DNA of 64,000 nt from an uncultured Chloroflexia bacterium. GTDB taxonomy: Bacteria; Chloroflexota; Limnocylindria; QHBO01. The stretch lies in contig CAWFCQ010000005.1 of the NCBI GenBank assembly GCA_963814375.1, positions 128,304-192,303 on the forward strand. Direction: 5' to 3'. The number at the start of each line of letters is the position of its first letter. The stretch's first letter is position 1. The position numbers and the translations under genes were made by a program. The notes under the pieces were generated by a model that was not told where the DNA came from, did not search any database, and saw only the letters and a list, made by a program, of their open reading frames with translations. Shown here in pieces: positions 53,598 to 61,518 of the stretch.

Positions 53598-53632
53598 GGT
53601 CAAACGACGCGGGCGGCTGGCGGGCCGCCCGC
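53598..53632. terminator. Terminator hairpin, cassette copy 3 (between convergent genes)
   Basis: GCGGGCGGC-TGGCGG-GCCGCCCGC (53609-53632). On the minus strand it is followed by GUCGUUUGACC. Shares arm sequence and the flanking GCATCGGTT with copies 1 and 2. Confidence 0.55.
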
Positions 53633-53656
53633 GCATCGGTTCCGGGTCGCGATCGG

Positions 53657-54569
53657 TCAGGGCGTCTCGAATGTGGCCGACTCGACCATGGCCCGCATCT
53701 CCTCCACGTCCTCGGCCGGCGTGTCCGGGAAGTAGCCGGCGTCGAAGAAGACGAGCGTGCCGTCGACGTCGACGACCCACACCTCGTCGATCTGGCCCGG
53801 TCCCTGGTGGAAGCGGGGAGCTTCGTCGCCCGAGCTCGACACCTCGAGCAGGGTGCGGAACTCGCCACCGTCGCAGTCGGTGAAGACCGCGTCCTCCGGG
53901 ACGTGAAGGGTGAGCATCTTCCCGGGATGCCCGCCCACGGTCACGTCGACCGGCTCGGTGGCGTCCCGCGAGGCCTGGGCCGACAGGGCAGCGACCAACT
54001 CATCCAGCGAGGCGGCCGGCTCGGCCGGCCGGGTCGACTCCCACGCGCACGGGTCCCCATAGACCAGCATGTCCCCGCCATAGACGATGAGCCCGGCACC
54101 CTCCGGCGGGCCCTCAACTCCGTGCTTCACGACGTTCGTGTTGTAGTCAAGCCCGTGCCAATCGGGCGCCGAGATGGTAACGGTCGTTCGCACTCCGAAG
54201 AGCATTTCGTTGACGAGGACGAACGGCCCTTCGGGTAGGGGGCCAGCCGTCGGCTCCGCAGACTCCGGAGGGGTCGGCGTCGGATTGGGCGTGGCGGTGG
54301 CGGTTGGCTGGCCGCCCACTCCGCTCGGGTCCCCGGGCGAATTGAGAAGCTGAGCGCCGACGATCAGGACCACGACCACGGCAGCAGCGCCGAGGCCGAT
54401 GGTCACGAACTTGTTCATGATGGGCGTCCTCCACGGGCCGATGAAGACCCGCTGTTTCTTGTGCTTCAATCTCGGCACGAACCGCGTCGTAGACCTGGTC
54501 ATGCAGCTGCTCCTCGCCCTCGTTGAGGAAGGCGCTGATCAGGCGGTCGGGATCTCGTGAGGCGGTCAT
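53657..54569 (-). CDS. Single-pass membrane partner of ECF sigma module 3, same extracytoplasmic domain as module 2; +1-nt disruption near 54456
   Basis: MTASRDPDRLISAFLNEGEEQLHDQVYDAVRAEIEAQE|QRVFIGPWRTPIMNKFVTIGLGAAAVVVVLIVGAQLL...GPFVLVNEM...VYGDPCAWEST...HQGPGQIDEVWVVDVDGTLVFFDAGYFPDTPAEDVEEMRAMVESATFETP. Length is 3n+1 (an A-run). Confidence 0.7.
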
Positions 54570-55120
54570 GCCAATCGCTCCTGGGAAGGCGGGGTGCCCC
54601 GGGAGTCAGCGTCGATGCTGGCCCGGAGCGCCCGCGTTGCGTGGTGCAAGCGGGACTTCGCAGTCCCGACGGGAATTCCGATTCGTGCCGCCACCTCGGA
54701 CGTCGAGAGCCCGAGGTAGTGGTGGAACACCAGGACGGCGCGCTGCTGGATGGTGAGCCTCCTGAAGGCCCGCTCGAGCAGGTCGCGGTCGTCCACGGTC
54801 AGGTAGTCGTCGGAGCCGTACGCGCCCTCGACGGGGAGGATCCTCGGGCCCTCGTACCACCGCTTGCGACGCCTGGCCTCGGCATAGCACGCGTTGGTGA
54901 GGATGCGGTGGAGCCACGGTTCGAAGCGGGACGGGTCGCGCAGGGCTCGGAGCTCGGTCCAGGCCGTGATCAGGGCGGACTGGACGGCGTCCTCGGCCAG
55001 GTCGATGTCGCGGAGGATCCGCACCGCGATCGCCAGGCATCGGTCGCCCACCATCCGCGCCAGGGAGTCGAACGCTTCCGCGTCGCCCTGCCGCGCCTGG
55101 CGGACCAGCTCTTCCTGCAC
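54566..55120 (-). CDS. ECF sigma factor, module 3 (184 aa, GTG start)
   Basis: Very similar to the module 1 sigma along its whole length (AFDSLARMVGDRCLAIAVRILRD..., LTIQQRAVLVFHHYLGLSTSEVAARIGIPVGTAKSRLHHATRAL). GGAGGGA lies upstream of GTG 55120. Confidence 0.85.
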   Translation of the reverse strand: MQEELVRQARQGDAEAFDSLARMVGDRCLAIAVRILRDIDLAEDAVQSALITAWTELRALRDPSRFEPWLHRILTNACYAEARRRKRWYEGPRILPVEGAYGSDDYLTVDDRDLLERAFRRLTIQQRAVLVFHHYLGLSTSEVAARIGIPVGTAKSRLHHATRALRASIDADSRGTPPSQERLA

Positions 55121-55171
55121 TCATCCCTCCACACCCGTGGCTGTCGGCCCATTGGTGGACCGATCACCATT

Positions 55172-55200
55172 GAGAGCGTTCGAGGGAGCCTAACTGTTCA
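55172..55200 (-). promoter_or_regulatory. ECF-type promoter-like motif, copy a (upstream of sigma module 3)
   Basis: Minus strand ATTGAACA-N13-GAACGCTCTC, about 50 nt upstream of GTG 55120. Confidence 0.45.
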
Positions 55201-55209
55201 ATCTGGCCC

Positions 55210-55563
55210 TCAGCCGGGCGGCCAAGCCATCGGTCTACCGCCGAGCAGGTGGAGGTGCAGGTGGAAGACGGTCTGGCCTGCCTCCGGACCGACATTCGTC
55301 ACCAATCGGTAGCCGTTCTTCAGCCCGCCCTCGTCAGCGATGCGACGGGCGGCGGCGAACAGCGAGGAGAGGATCGGCCCGTCTTCGTCGGTGAGCGCGT
55401 GCGCGTCGGGAATGTGACGACGCGGGATCACCAGGACGTGCGTCGGCGCGCGTGGGTTGATGTCCCGGAACGCGATGACCTCGGCATCCTCGAAGACGCG
55501 GTCCGACGAGATCTCGCCCGCCACGATCTGGCAGAAGAGGCAGTCCGGGTCGCGGTCGGTCAT
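55210..55563 (-). CDS. HIT-family (histidine triad) protein (117 aa)
   Basis: MTDRDPDCLFCQIVAGEI..., APTHVLVIPRRH, VFHLHLHLLGG (HxHxHxx). Confidence 0.88.
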   Translation of the reverse strand: MTDRDPDCLFCQIVAGEISSDRVFEDAEVIAFRDINPRAPTHVLVIPRRHIPDAHALTDEDGPILSSLFAAARRIADEGGLKNGYRLVTNVGPEAGQTVFHLHLHLLGGRPMAWPPG

Positions 55564-55617
55564 GCGGGCGAGCCTAGGCGAATTCGCCTCCGGTCGCCAG
55601 GACCGTGGCAAGGCCTG

Positions 55618-56817
55618 TCAGCCATCATCGCGCATCAGGCGCAGCACCTGGTCAGAGCTGGCGTTCGAGGTCGTGGCGTAGATGGCGCCGTCCGGCCCGC
55701 GCGCCAGCCCTCGCAGCCGGCCGTGCTCCCCGTCGAGCAGGACACGAACCTCCCGGACGGTGGCGCCGCCATCCTCGACGGCGAAGAGGCGGAGGTCGCT
55801 CTCCTTCAGCGTGCTGACCATGAGCATTCCCTGCCATGCACCCCAGTCGTCACCCTCCAGGAAGATGGCTCCGGACGTCGCGATCGTCGAAGGCCCGGAC
55901 GACCATGAGGACGGGAGATACTCGTCCAGCTCGCCGCACTGCTCCTTCGCCTCGCCCTCCTGCTCCTGGGCCGGCCCGATGACATCAATTCCCAGGAAGC
56001 AGCCGTATCCGAAGTTGCCTCCCGGGACGATCCGGTTGATCTCATCCTCGCGGTCGGTGCCGTGCTCGGGAGCCAGGACGAGGCCCTCCGGCCCCATGGC
56101 GATGCCCTGCGGATTTCGATGGCCCATGCTGTAGATCAGCGTCGGGCCATCTGCACCCGGAAGAACCGGGTTGTCGGCCGGCACCGATCCATCGCGATCC
56201 ATGCGCAGGATCTTCCCGTTGAGGCTGTCCAGCCGCTGCGAGAAGTGCACCCCGCGAACCGTGTTGGCGTCGCCGGTGCTCATCCAGATATGGCCGGAAT
56301 CGTCCATCTGAACGGCGCAGCCATTGTGGTGCACGGCTGCGTAGATGCCGTCGACGAGCGGCTCCGGATCGAGTACCAGCCCGTCGTCATCGATGTTCAG
56401 GCGCAGCAGCGCCGTGCGCCATGGAGCATCCCCATCGGCGCCGTCCGGATCGCGCGAGACGCAGACGTAGGCGTGTGGGTACCGCTCGAAATCGATGTCG
56501 ACCGCGATGCCCATCGCCCCGGCCTCTCCCTCGGCACGGACGTCCGGGATCTCGAGCGTGGCGAGCTTCTCGGCGCCGGGTTCGGCGCTGGCGTACAGGT
56601 TGATCCGCCCCGCCCGCTCGGTCACCAGCATCCGTCCGTCAGGGGCGAAGTCGAGGTCCCACGGGACTTCCAGATCTTCTTGAATGACGACGGCCGACAC
56701 CTCACCGAGCCCGTCGCTTCCAACCGCCGATGCGCCCGGGGCGTCGGTCTGAATCGGTCCGCACCCGCCCAGCGCGAGGAGGGCGAGCATGAGGAGTGTC
56801 TGCCGTCGAGCCGTCAC
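55618..56817 (-). CDS. PQQ-dependent sugar (glucose/sorbosone) dehydrogenase-like lipoprotein
   Basis: Lipobox LLALGGC. Beta-propeller GSDH-like motifs ...LEVPWDLDFAPDGRMLVTERAGRI..., HNGC, GHRNPQGIA, GGNFGY. Confidence 0.7.
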   Translation of the reverse strand: MTARRQTLLMLALLALGGCGPIQTDAPGASAVGSDGLGEVSAVVIQEDLEVPWDLDFAPDGRMLVTERAGRINLYASAEPGAEKLATLEIPDVRAEGEAGAMGIAVDIDFERYPHAYVCVSRDPDGADGDAPWRTALLRLNIDDDGLVLDPEPLVDGIYAAVHHNGCAVQMDDSGHIWMSTGDANTVRGVHFSQRLDSLNGKILRMDRDGSVPADNPVLPGADGPTLIYSMGHRNPQGIAMGPEGLVLAPEHGTDREDEINRIVPGGNFGYGCFLGIDVIGPAQEQEGEAKEQCGELDEYLPSSWSSGPSTIATSGAIFLEGDDWGAWQGMLMVSTLKESDLRLFAVEDGGATVREVRVLLDGEHGRLRGLARGPDGAIYATTSNASSDQVLRLMRDDG

Positions 56818-56829
56818 CGTCGGCCGGGC

Positions 56830-57520
56830 CTAGGCGAAGTCGCCGGTCCGCGACAGGATCACGGCCGCGGCCGCCACCGCCACCGTCTCCGATCGCAGGA
56901 TCCGCGGGCCCAGGCCGGCGAGGGTGGCCCCGGAGCTCGTGGCGAGGTCGATCTCGGAGGGTGAGAAGCCGCCCTCCGGGCCGATGATCAGCGTCGAGGG
57001 CGGCGGCAGCGACCCGAGCCGCGCGCCACGGTGGCGCTCGAAGAGGACGACCGCCGCCGGACCGAGGAGGGCCGTCAGCGGCACCGGCGCCTCGACGTCC
57101 GGGACGACCCCGCGCTCCGACTGCTCCGCCGCCTCGCGCGCGATCGCGCCGAGCCGGTCCAGGCGGCGCTGCGAGACGTCGCGCGCCACCGCCCGCTCGG
57201 TGGCGACCAGCTGGAAGCGGGCGACTCCCATCTCGGTCCCGTGCCTGACCACCCACTCGAGCGCCTCGCCCTTGAGCAGCGCCTGCGCCACGGTGAGCCG
57301 ATGCGACGGCTCGCTCGGCGCGACGCCGCGCTCCTCGACGACACAGTCGCCACCATCGAGCCGGCAAGTCGCCTGCGAGCCGTCGTTCGGCAGGAGGACG
57401 ATCCGATCTCCGTCGCCGAGCCGAAGCACGGTGCGCACCTGGCGCGCGATCCGCTCGGGAAGCGGAAAGCGGTCCCGACTCCATCTCGTTCGGCGATACG
57501 AAGAACCGATGCACGGTCAT
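56830..57520 (-). CDS. rsmE: 16S rRNA (uracil1498-N3)-methyltransferase; +1-nt disruption near 57472
   Basis: MTVHRFFVSPNEMES|DRFPLPERIARQVRTVLRLGDGDRIVLL...AQALLKGEALEWVVRHGTEMGV...IIGPEGGFSPSEI...LGPRILRSETVAVAAAAVI. ATG 57520 overlaps the prmA stop (ATGA). Length is 3n+1 (a G-run). Confidence 0.82.
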
Positions 57521-58425
57521 AGGGCGTGCTCCAGCGCGAGCGCGACCCACTCGCCGTCGTCGCGTCGGTTCGCGACGTCCAGGCCGGCGTCGCGCATCGC
57601 TGCGATGACCTCGCTCGCGCGGCTCTCGATGATCCCGCCCGCCAGCAGCGTTCCGCCGGGCGCGAGCCGAGCGGCCAGGTCTGGGGCCGCCGCGATGAGC
57701 ACCGCCGCGACGAGGTTCGCGACGATGAGCGGGTGGCGATCGCGGCCCGCCGCCTCGATCGGTGCCGTGCTGGACGGTGAATCTGGGCCGCGAGCCCGTT
57801 CAGCTCGGCGTTTGCCCTCGAGGCCTCGACGGCGAGCGGATCGGTATCCACGCCGACCGCCCGGCCGGCGCCGAGCCGCAGGGCCGCCAGGGCGAGGATC
57901 CCCGAGCCACAGCCGACGTCGAGAAGCCGCTCGGGCGGAGCGACCTCCTGGAGCATCTCGAGGCATGCGCGGGTCGTCGGGTGCAGGCCGGTGCCGAACG
58001 CCATTCCCGGATCGAGCGTGACGGCCACCTCGTCCGGCGCGAGCGGCTCGTCGACCCATGACGGCACGATCACGACGCGGCCGATGCGCTGGGCGACGTA
58101 GTGGTCCTTCCAGGCATCGGTCCAGTCGGCGTCGTCCACCGGCCGGACCCGCAGCTCGCCGACCGGGCGCAGGCCGAAGGCCTGGAGGTGCCACAGCGCC
58201 CGCTCGGTGGAGTCGACCGCGCCGGTGGCGGCCGCGTCGTCGTTGATGTGGGCGGTGACAACGAACGGCGCGGTCGGATCCTGCCGCGCGACGAGCTCGT
58301 CGTCCTCGTCGCGAATCAACCGCGTCGGCTGGACGGCGGTACCTGCCGGCGACGCGGCCGAGGATCTCGGATACGGCCTCGACGGCCTCGACATCGGCCT
58401 CGACACTGAGCTCGAGCCAGCGCAT
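57517..58425 (-). CDS. prmA: Ribosomal protein L11 methyltransferase; three +1-nt disruptions (about 58344, 57782, 57760)
   Basis: MRWLELSVEADVEAVEAVSEILGRVAG|GTAVQPTRL...DDADWTDAWKDHY...LDPGMAFGTGLHPTTRACLEML...LLDVGCGSGILALAALRLGA...NGLAAQ|FTVQHGT|IEAAGRDRHPLIVANLVAAVL...PGGTLLAGGII. The N- and C-terminal parts share one frame and the middle part lies in others. Confidence 0.82.
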   Translation of the reverse strand: MRWLELSVEADVEAVEAVSEILGRVAGRYRRPADAVDSRRGRRARRAAGSDRAVRCHRPHQRRRGRHRRGRLHRAGAVAPPGLRPAPGRRAAGPAGGRRRLDRCLEGPLRRPAHRPRRDRAVMGRRAARAGRGGRHARSGNGVRHRPAPDDPRMPRDAPGGRSARAASRRRLWLGDPRPGGPAARRRPGGRRGYRSARRRGLEGKRRAERARGPDSPSSTAPIEAAGRDRHPLIVANLVAAVLIAAAPDLAARLAPGGTLLAGGIIESRASEVIAAMRDAGLDVANRRDDGEWVALALEHAL

Positions 58426-58436
58426 CGGCTCTGTGA

Positions 58437-59564
58437 TCAGCCGAACAGGTCGCGCAGCCGGTCGAAGACCGAGGGCCCGCCCTTCGGCAGCACCGCCGGC
58501 TCGCTCACCTCGCCGAGCTCGCGCAACAGCTCGCGCTCGCGCCGGCTCAGCTTCGAGGGCACGACGACGTTGACGACCACGTGGAGGTCGCCGCGACCCG
58601 CGCCGCGCAGCCGTGGGACGCCCTTGCCCTTGACGCGGATCTCGTGGCCCGACTGGGCGCCGGCGGGGACCTCGACCTCCTCGCTGCCCTCGACCGTCGG
58701 AACGGTCAGGGTCGCTCCCAGCGCGGCCTGTGGGAAGGTGATCGGCAGCTCGTGGTAGAGCTCGGTGCCGCGCCGGGCGAGCTCCGGATGGTCGCGGACG
58801 GAGACCGCGACATAGAGGTCCCCGTTCGGGCCACCCCGCGGCCCTGCCTCGCCCATTGCCTCGATAGCGATGCGCTGGCCGTCGTCGATCCCGGCCGGGA
58901 TGGTGACCTGGAGCGTCCGCTCGTCGTTCACCCGGCCATCGCCACTGCAGCGCGTGCAGGGGGTCGCGATGATGCGGCCCTCGCCGCGGCACCGCGAGCA
59001 CGCGACGATGTTCACCATCTGGCCCAGGATCGTCTGCGCCACTCGCCGCTGCTCTCCGCTGCCGTTGCACTCGGGACAGGTCTCCGGCTCCGTCCCGGGC
59101 TCGCCGCCCGCTCCGTCGCATCGGTCACACGTCACCAGCGTCGGGAAGCTGATCTCGCGCGTGATTCCGAAGACCGCCTCGGCGAACTCGATGGTCAGGT
59201 CGTAGCGCAGGTCGGCGCCGGGAACGACCCGCTGGCGACGGCGCGCTCCCGCCGGCGATCCCCCGAAGAAGGCGTCGAAGATGTCGCCGAACGGGCCGAA
59301 GCCACCGCCGAAGCCCTCGAACCCGCCGGCCGCCGAGCCCTCGACGCCCGCGTGCCCGAACATGTCGTATGCGCTGCGGCGCTGCCGATCCGAGAGGACG
59401 CGGTACGCCTCGTTGAGCTCCTTGAAGCGCTGCTCGGCGCCGTCGCCGGCGTCGACATCGGGGTGGTGCTGCTGCGCGAGCTTGCGGAAGGCGCGCTTGA
59501 TCTCAGCCTCGTCGGCGTCGCGAGGCACCCCGAGCACATCGTAGTAGTCGCGCTTCACGGCCAT
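58437..59564 (-). CDS. dnaJ: Molecular chaperone DnaJ (375 aa)
   Basis: Inner ATG 59564: MAVKRDYYDVLGVPRDADEAEIKRAFRKLAQQHHPD (J domain), G/F region, four CxxCxGxG repeats (CDRCDGAG, CPECNGSG, CSRCRGEG, CTRCSGDG). Confidence 0.93.
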   Translation of the reverse strand: MAVKRDYYDVLGVPRDADEAEIKRAFRKLAQQHHPDVDAGDGAEQRFKELNEAYRVLSDRQRRSAYDMFGHAGVEGSAAGGFEGFGGGFGPFGDIFDAFFGGSPAGARRRQRVVPGADLRYDLTIEFAEAVFGITREISFPTLVTCDRCDGAGGEPGTEPETCPECNGSGEQRRVAQTILGQMVNIVACSRCRGEGRIIATPCTRCSGDGRVNDERTLQVTIPAGIDDGQRIAIEAMGEAGPRGGPNGDLYVAVSVRDHPELARRGTELYHELPITFPQAALGATLTVPTVEGSEEVEVPAGAQSGHEIRVKGKGVPRLRGAGRGDLHVVVNVVVPSKLSRRERELLRELGEVSEPAVLPKGGPSVFDRLRDLFG

Positions 59565-59584
59565 GGCGAGGCGGATTCTACCAA

Positions 59585-59611
59585 TTGGCACTCAGGATGG
59601 CGGAGTGCCAG
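59585..59611. promoter_or_regulatory. CIRCE (HrcA operator) inverted repeat upstream of dnaJ
   Basis: TTGGCACTC-N9-GAGTGCCAG matches the CIRCE consensus TTAGCACTC-N9-GAGTGCTAA at 15 of 18 arm positions with exact 9-nt spacing. Starts 21 nt upstream of the dnaJ ATG. A minus-strand TAGAAT (59580-59575) lies between CIRCE and the ATG. Confidence 0.8.
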
Positions 59612-59671
59612 TCCACGCTCGGGAATCGGAGGGAGGTATGGCGTGTGTGGGGGCTCGGCTATCGGCCAGCT

Positions 59672-59687
59672 TTACCGATGCCGGTAA
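59672..59687. promoter_or_regulatory. Operator-like inverted repeat TTACC-N6-GGTAA, copy 1
   Basis: TTACCGATGCCGGTAA in the dnaJ / ycaQ-like divergent spacer. Confidence 0.4.
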
Positions 59688-59786
59688 GCAACGGACAACG
59701 AGGCAGCGTTCGGGCGCGATTCTCGGCACAGATTTACCAGCACGAGTGGGGAGCCGACCCTCGGCGAGCCGTTCGTTCTCCGTTGG

Positions 59787-59802
59787 TTACCGAGATTGGT
59801 AA
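59787..59802. promoter_or_regulatory. Operator-like inverted repeat TTACC-N6-GGTAA, copy 2
   Basis: TTACCGAGATTGGTAA, 115 nt from copy 1. A lone TTACC half-site lies at 59734-59738. Confidence 0.4.
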
Positions 59803-59869
59803 ACGACCGCCGCCGCCGCCGCATAGCCGCGCCAACCGATACCTGACAAGAGTCGTCAGGAAGCCGCCC

Positions 59870-59875
59870 TAATAT
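59870..59875 (+). promoter_or_regulatory. Candidate -10 box (TAATAT) giving a leaderless transcript for the ycaQ-like gene
   Basis: TAATAT ends 7 nt before ATG 59883. There is no Shine-Dalgarno in between. Confidence 0.35.
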
Positions 59876-59882
59876 CGCGTCA

Positions 59883-61134
59883 ATGCCAGATCTTCAGATC
59901 AGTCGCGACCACGCACGCCGGTTCCTGGTCACGCGCCACCTTCTCGCGCCCCCGCGCGCACTGCCGGCGAAGCCGGAGTCGGTGCTGACTGCCGTCGAGC
60001 GGCTCGGCCTCCTCCAGTTCGATCCCCTCGAAGTGCCCGGTGCCCGTAACCACGACCTCGTCCTCCACGCACGGATCGCTGGCTACCGGCGCGATTGGTG
60101 CGAGCAATGGCTGTACGGCCCGGATCGGCGGCTGATCGAGCTCTACAACAAGAGCCTCAACCTGCTCCCGATGCACGAGCTGCCCCATTACCGGATCGCC
60201 TGGCAGCGCAGCGCCGCCTACTACGACGACGACATCCTGACCAAGCAGGCCGACGTCGCCCAGGCCATCCTTCGTCGGCTCAAGACCGATGCTCCACTCT
60301 CGACCGCGGCCTTCAGCGAGCACGGTCATGCCGTCGATTGGTGGTGGGCGCCGACACGGGCCAGCCGCGCGGTGATGGAGGCGCTGTTCGTCACCGGGCG
60401 CATCGGCATCAGCCGTCGAGACGGCAACCGCCGCTACTACGACCTCATCGAGCGCCTCGTGCCGGCGAAGCTCCTGAAGCTGAAGGAGCCCGAGGAGGCG
60501 GCCATGACGCATCGGCTCCTGAGTCGCTTCCGCGCGACTGGCATGACGATGCCGGCGGGCGGCACGCAGACCGGAGGTGATGTACAGCGCCGGGCCTACT
60601 GCCGACCGGGTGCGCCGAACGGCCGAGCTCGTCGACGATGGCACTCTGCTTCCGGTCGACGTGGACGGCCTGAAGGCGACGCGATACATCCTCGCCACCG
60701 AGGAGCCGATCCTCGACGAGACCGCGGATCCCGCCACGTTCACGCCGGGCGTCAGCTTCCTCGGCCCGCTCGATCCGCTCATCTGGGACAGGAAGGGGAT
60801 CCTCCGCGGCCTCTTCGAGTTCGACTACCTGTGGGAGGTCTACGTCCCCGAGGCGAAGCGCCGTTGGGGCTACTACGTGCTCCCGATCCTCTATGGGGAC
60901 CGGTTCGTGGGACGGATCGAGCCGCGGCTCGACCGCAAGGCGAAGGCGCTGGCCATCCTCGGCATCTGGTTCGAGCCGTCGTTCGAGCCGACCGAGTCAC
61001 CGGGCTTTCTCGCCGCGTTCGGCGAGGCCATCGAAGCGTATCGGGTCTTCGTCGGCGCCGATCGGATCACCTGGCCGCGAACCCGCGCCGGACGCGCGAT
61101 CGCGGCTGCGATGCGGACCGAGTCAGTCGCGTGA
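59883..61134 (+). CDS. Winged-helix DNA glycosylase-like protein (YcaQ/AlkZ family), second copy; +1-nt disruption near 60576
   Basis: MPDLQISRDHARRFLVTRHLL...LGLLQFDPLEV...RRYYDLIERL...HRLLSRFRATG... then, in the next frame, ...VMYSAGPTADRVRRTAELVDDGTLLPVDVDG...FLGPLDPLIWDRKGILRGLFEFDYLWEVYVPEAKRRWGYYVLPILYGDRFVGRIEP. Length is 3n+1. Confidence 0.7.
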
Positions 61135-61518
61135 TGTGCGGGTGATCAGCCAGACGTGGCCGAATGGGTCGCGGACCTTTGCCGACTGCACCGCCATCGA
61201 CGGGTCGGTCGGCGCGCGGATGCTCGTCGCGCCGGCTGCGACGGCCCGGTCGTGGAGGCCGGCGACGTCATCGGTCTCGAGGTCGAGGTAGACCGGCGTC
61301 CCGCCGACCTTCGCTGGTCCGACGATCGACTCGTAGTGCGGATGCTCGTCCGCGACGAACAGCGAGGCTCCGCCGATCCGCAGCTCGGCGTGCGCAACCC
61401 TCCCCGCCCCACCGGTCATCCGCGTGACTTCTGCCGCTCCAAACGCCTCGCGGTACCAGGCGATCGCCGCATCGGCGCCGTCGACGATCAGGTACGGCGT
61501 GACAGCTCGAACGTTCAT
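61123..61518 (-). CDS. VOC (glyoxalase/bleomycin-resistance, PhnB-like) family protein (131 aa)
   Basis: MNVRAVTPYLIVDGADAAIAWYREAFGAAEV...AHAELRIGGASLFVADEHP...VRDPFGHVWLI. ATG 61518 overlaps the xth stop (ATGA). Confidence 0.75.
   Translation of the reverse strand: MNVRAVTPYLIVDGADAAIAWYREAFGAAEVTRMTGGAGRVAHAELRIGGASLFVADEHPHYESIVGPAKVGGTPVYLDLETDDVAGLHDRAVAAGATSIRAPTDPSMAVQSAKVRDPFGHVWLITRTSRD

Noticed and set aside
49741-53640. Repeated GC-rich hairpin cassette considered as a possible CRISPR or mobile-element end
   Set aside because: There are only three to four copies, separated by 1.5-2.3 kb of ordinary genes. There are no short uniform spacers and no transposase or cas genes. They are better explained as terminators duplicated with the sigma modules.
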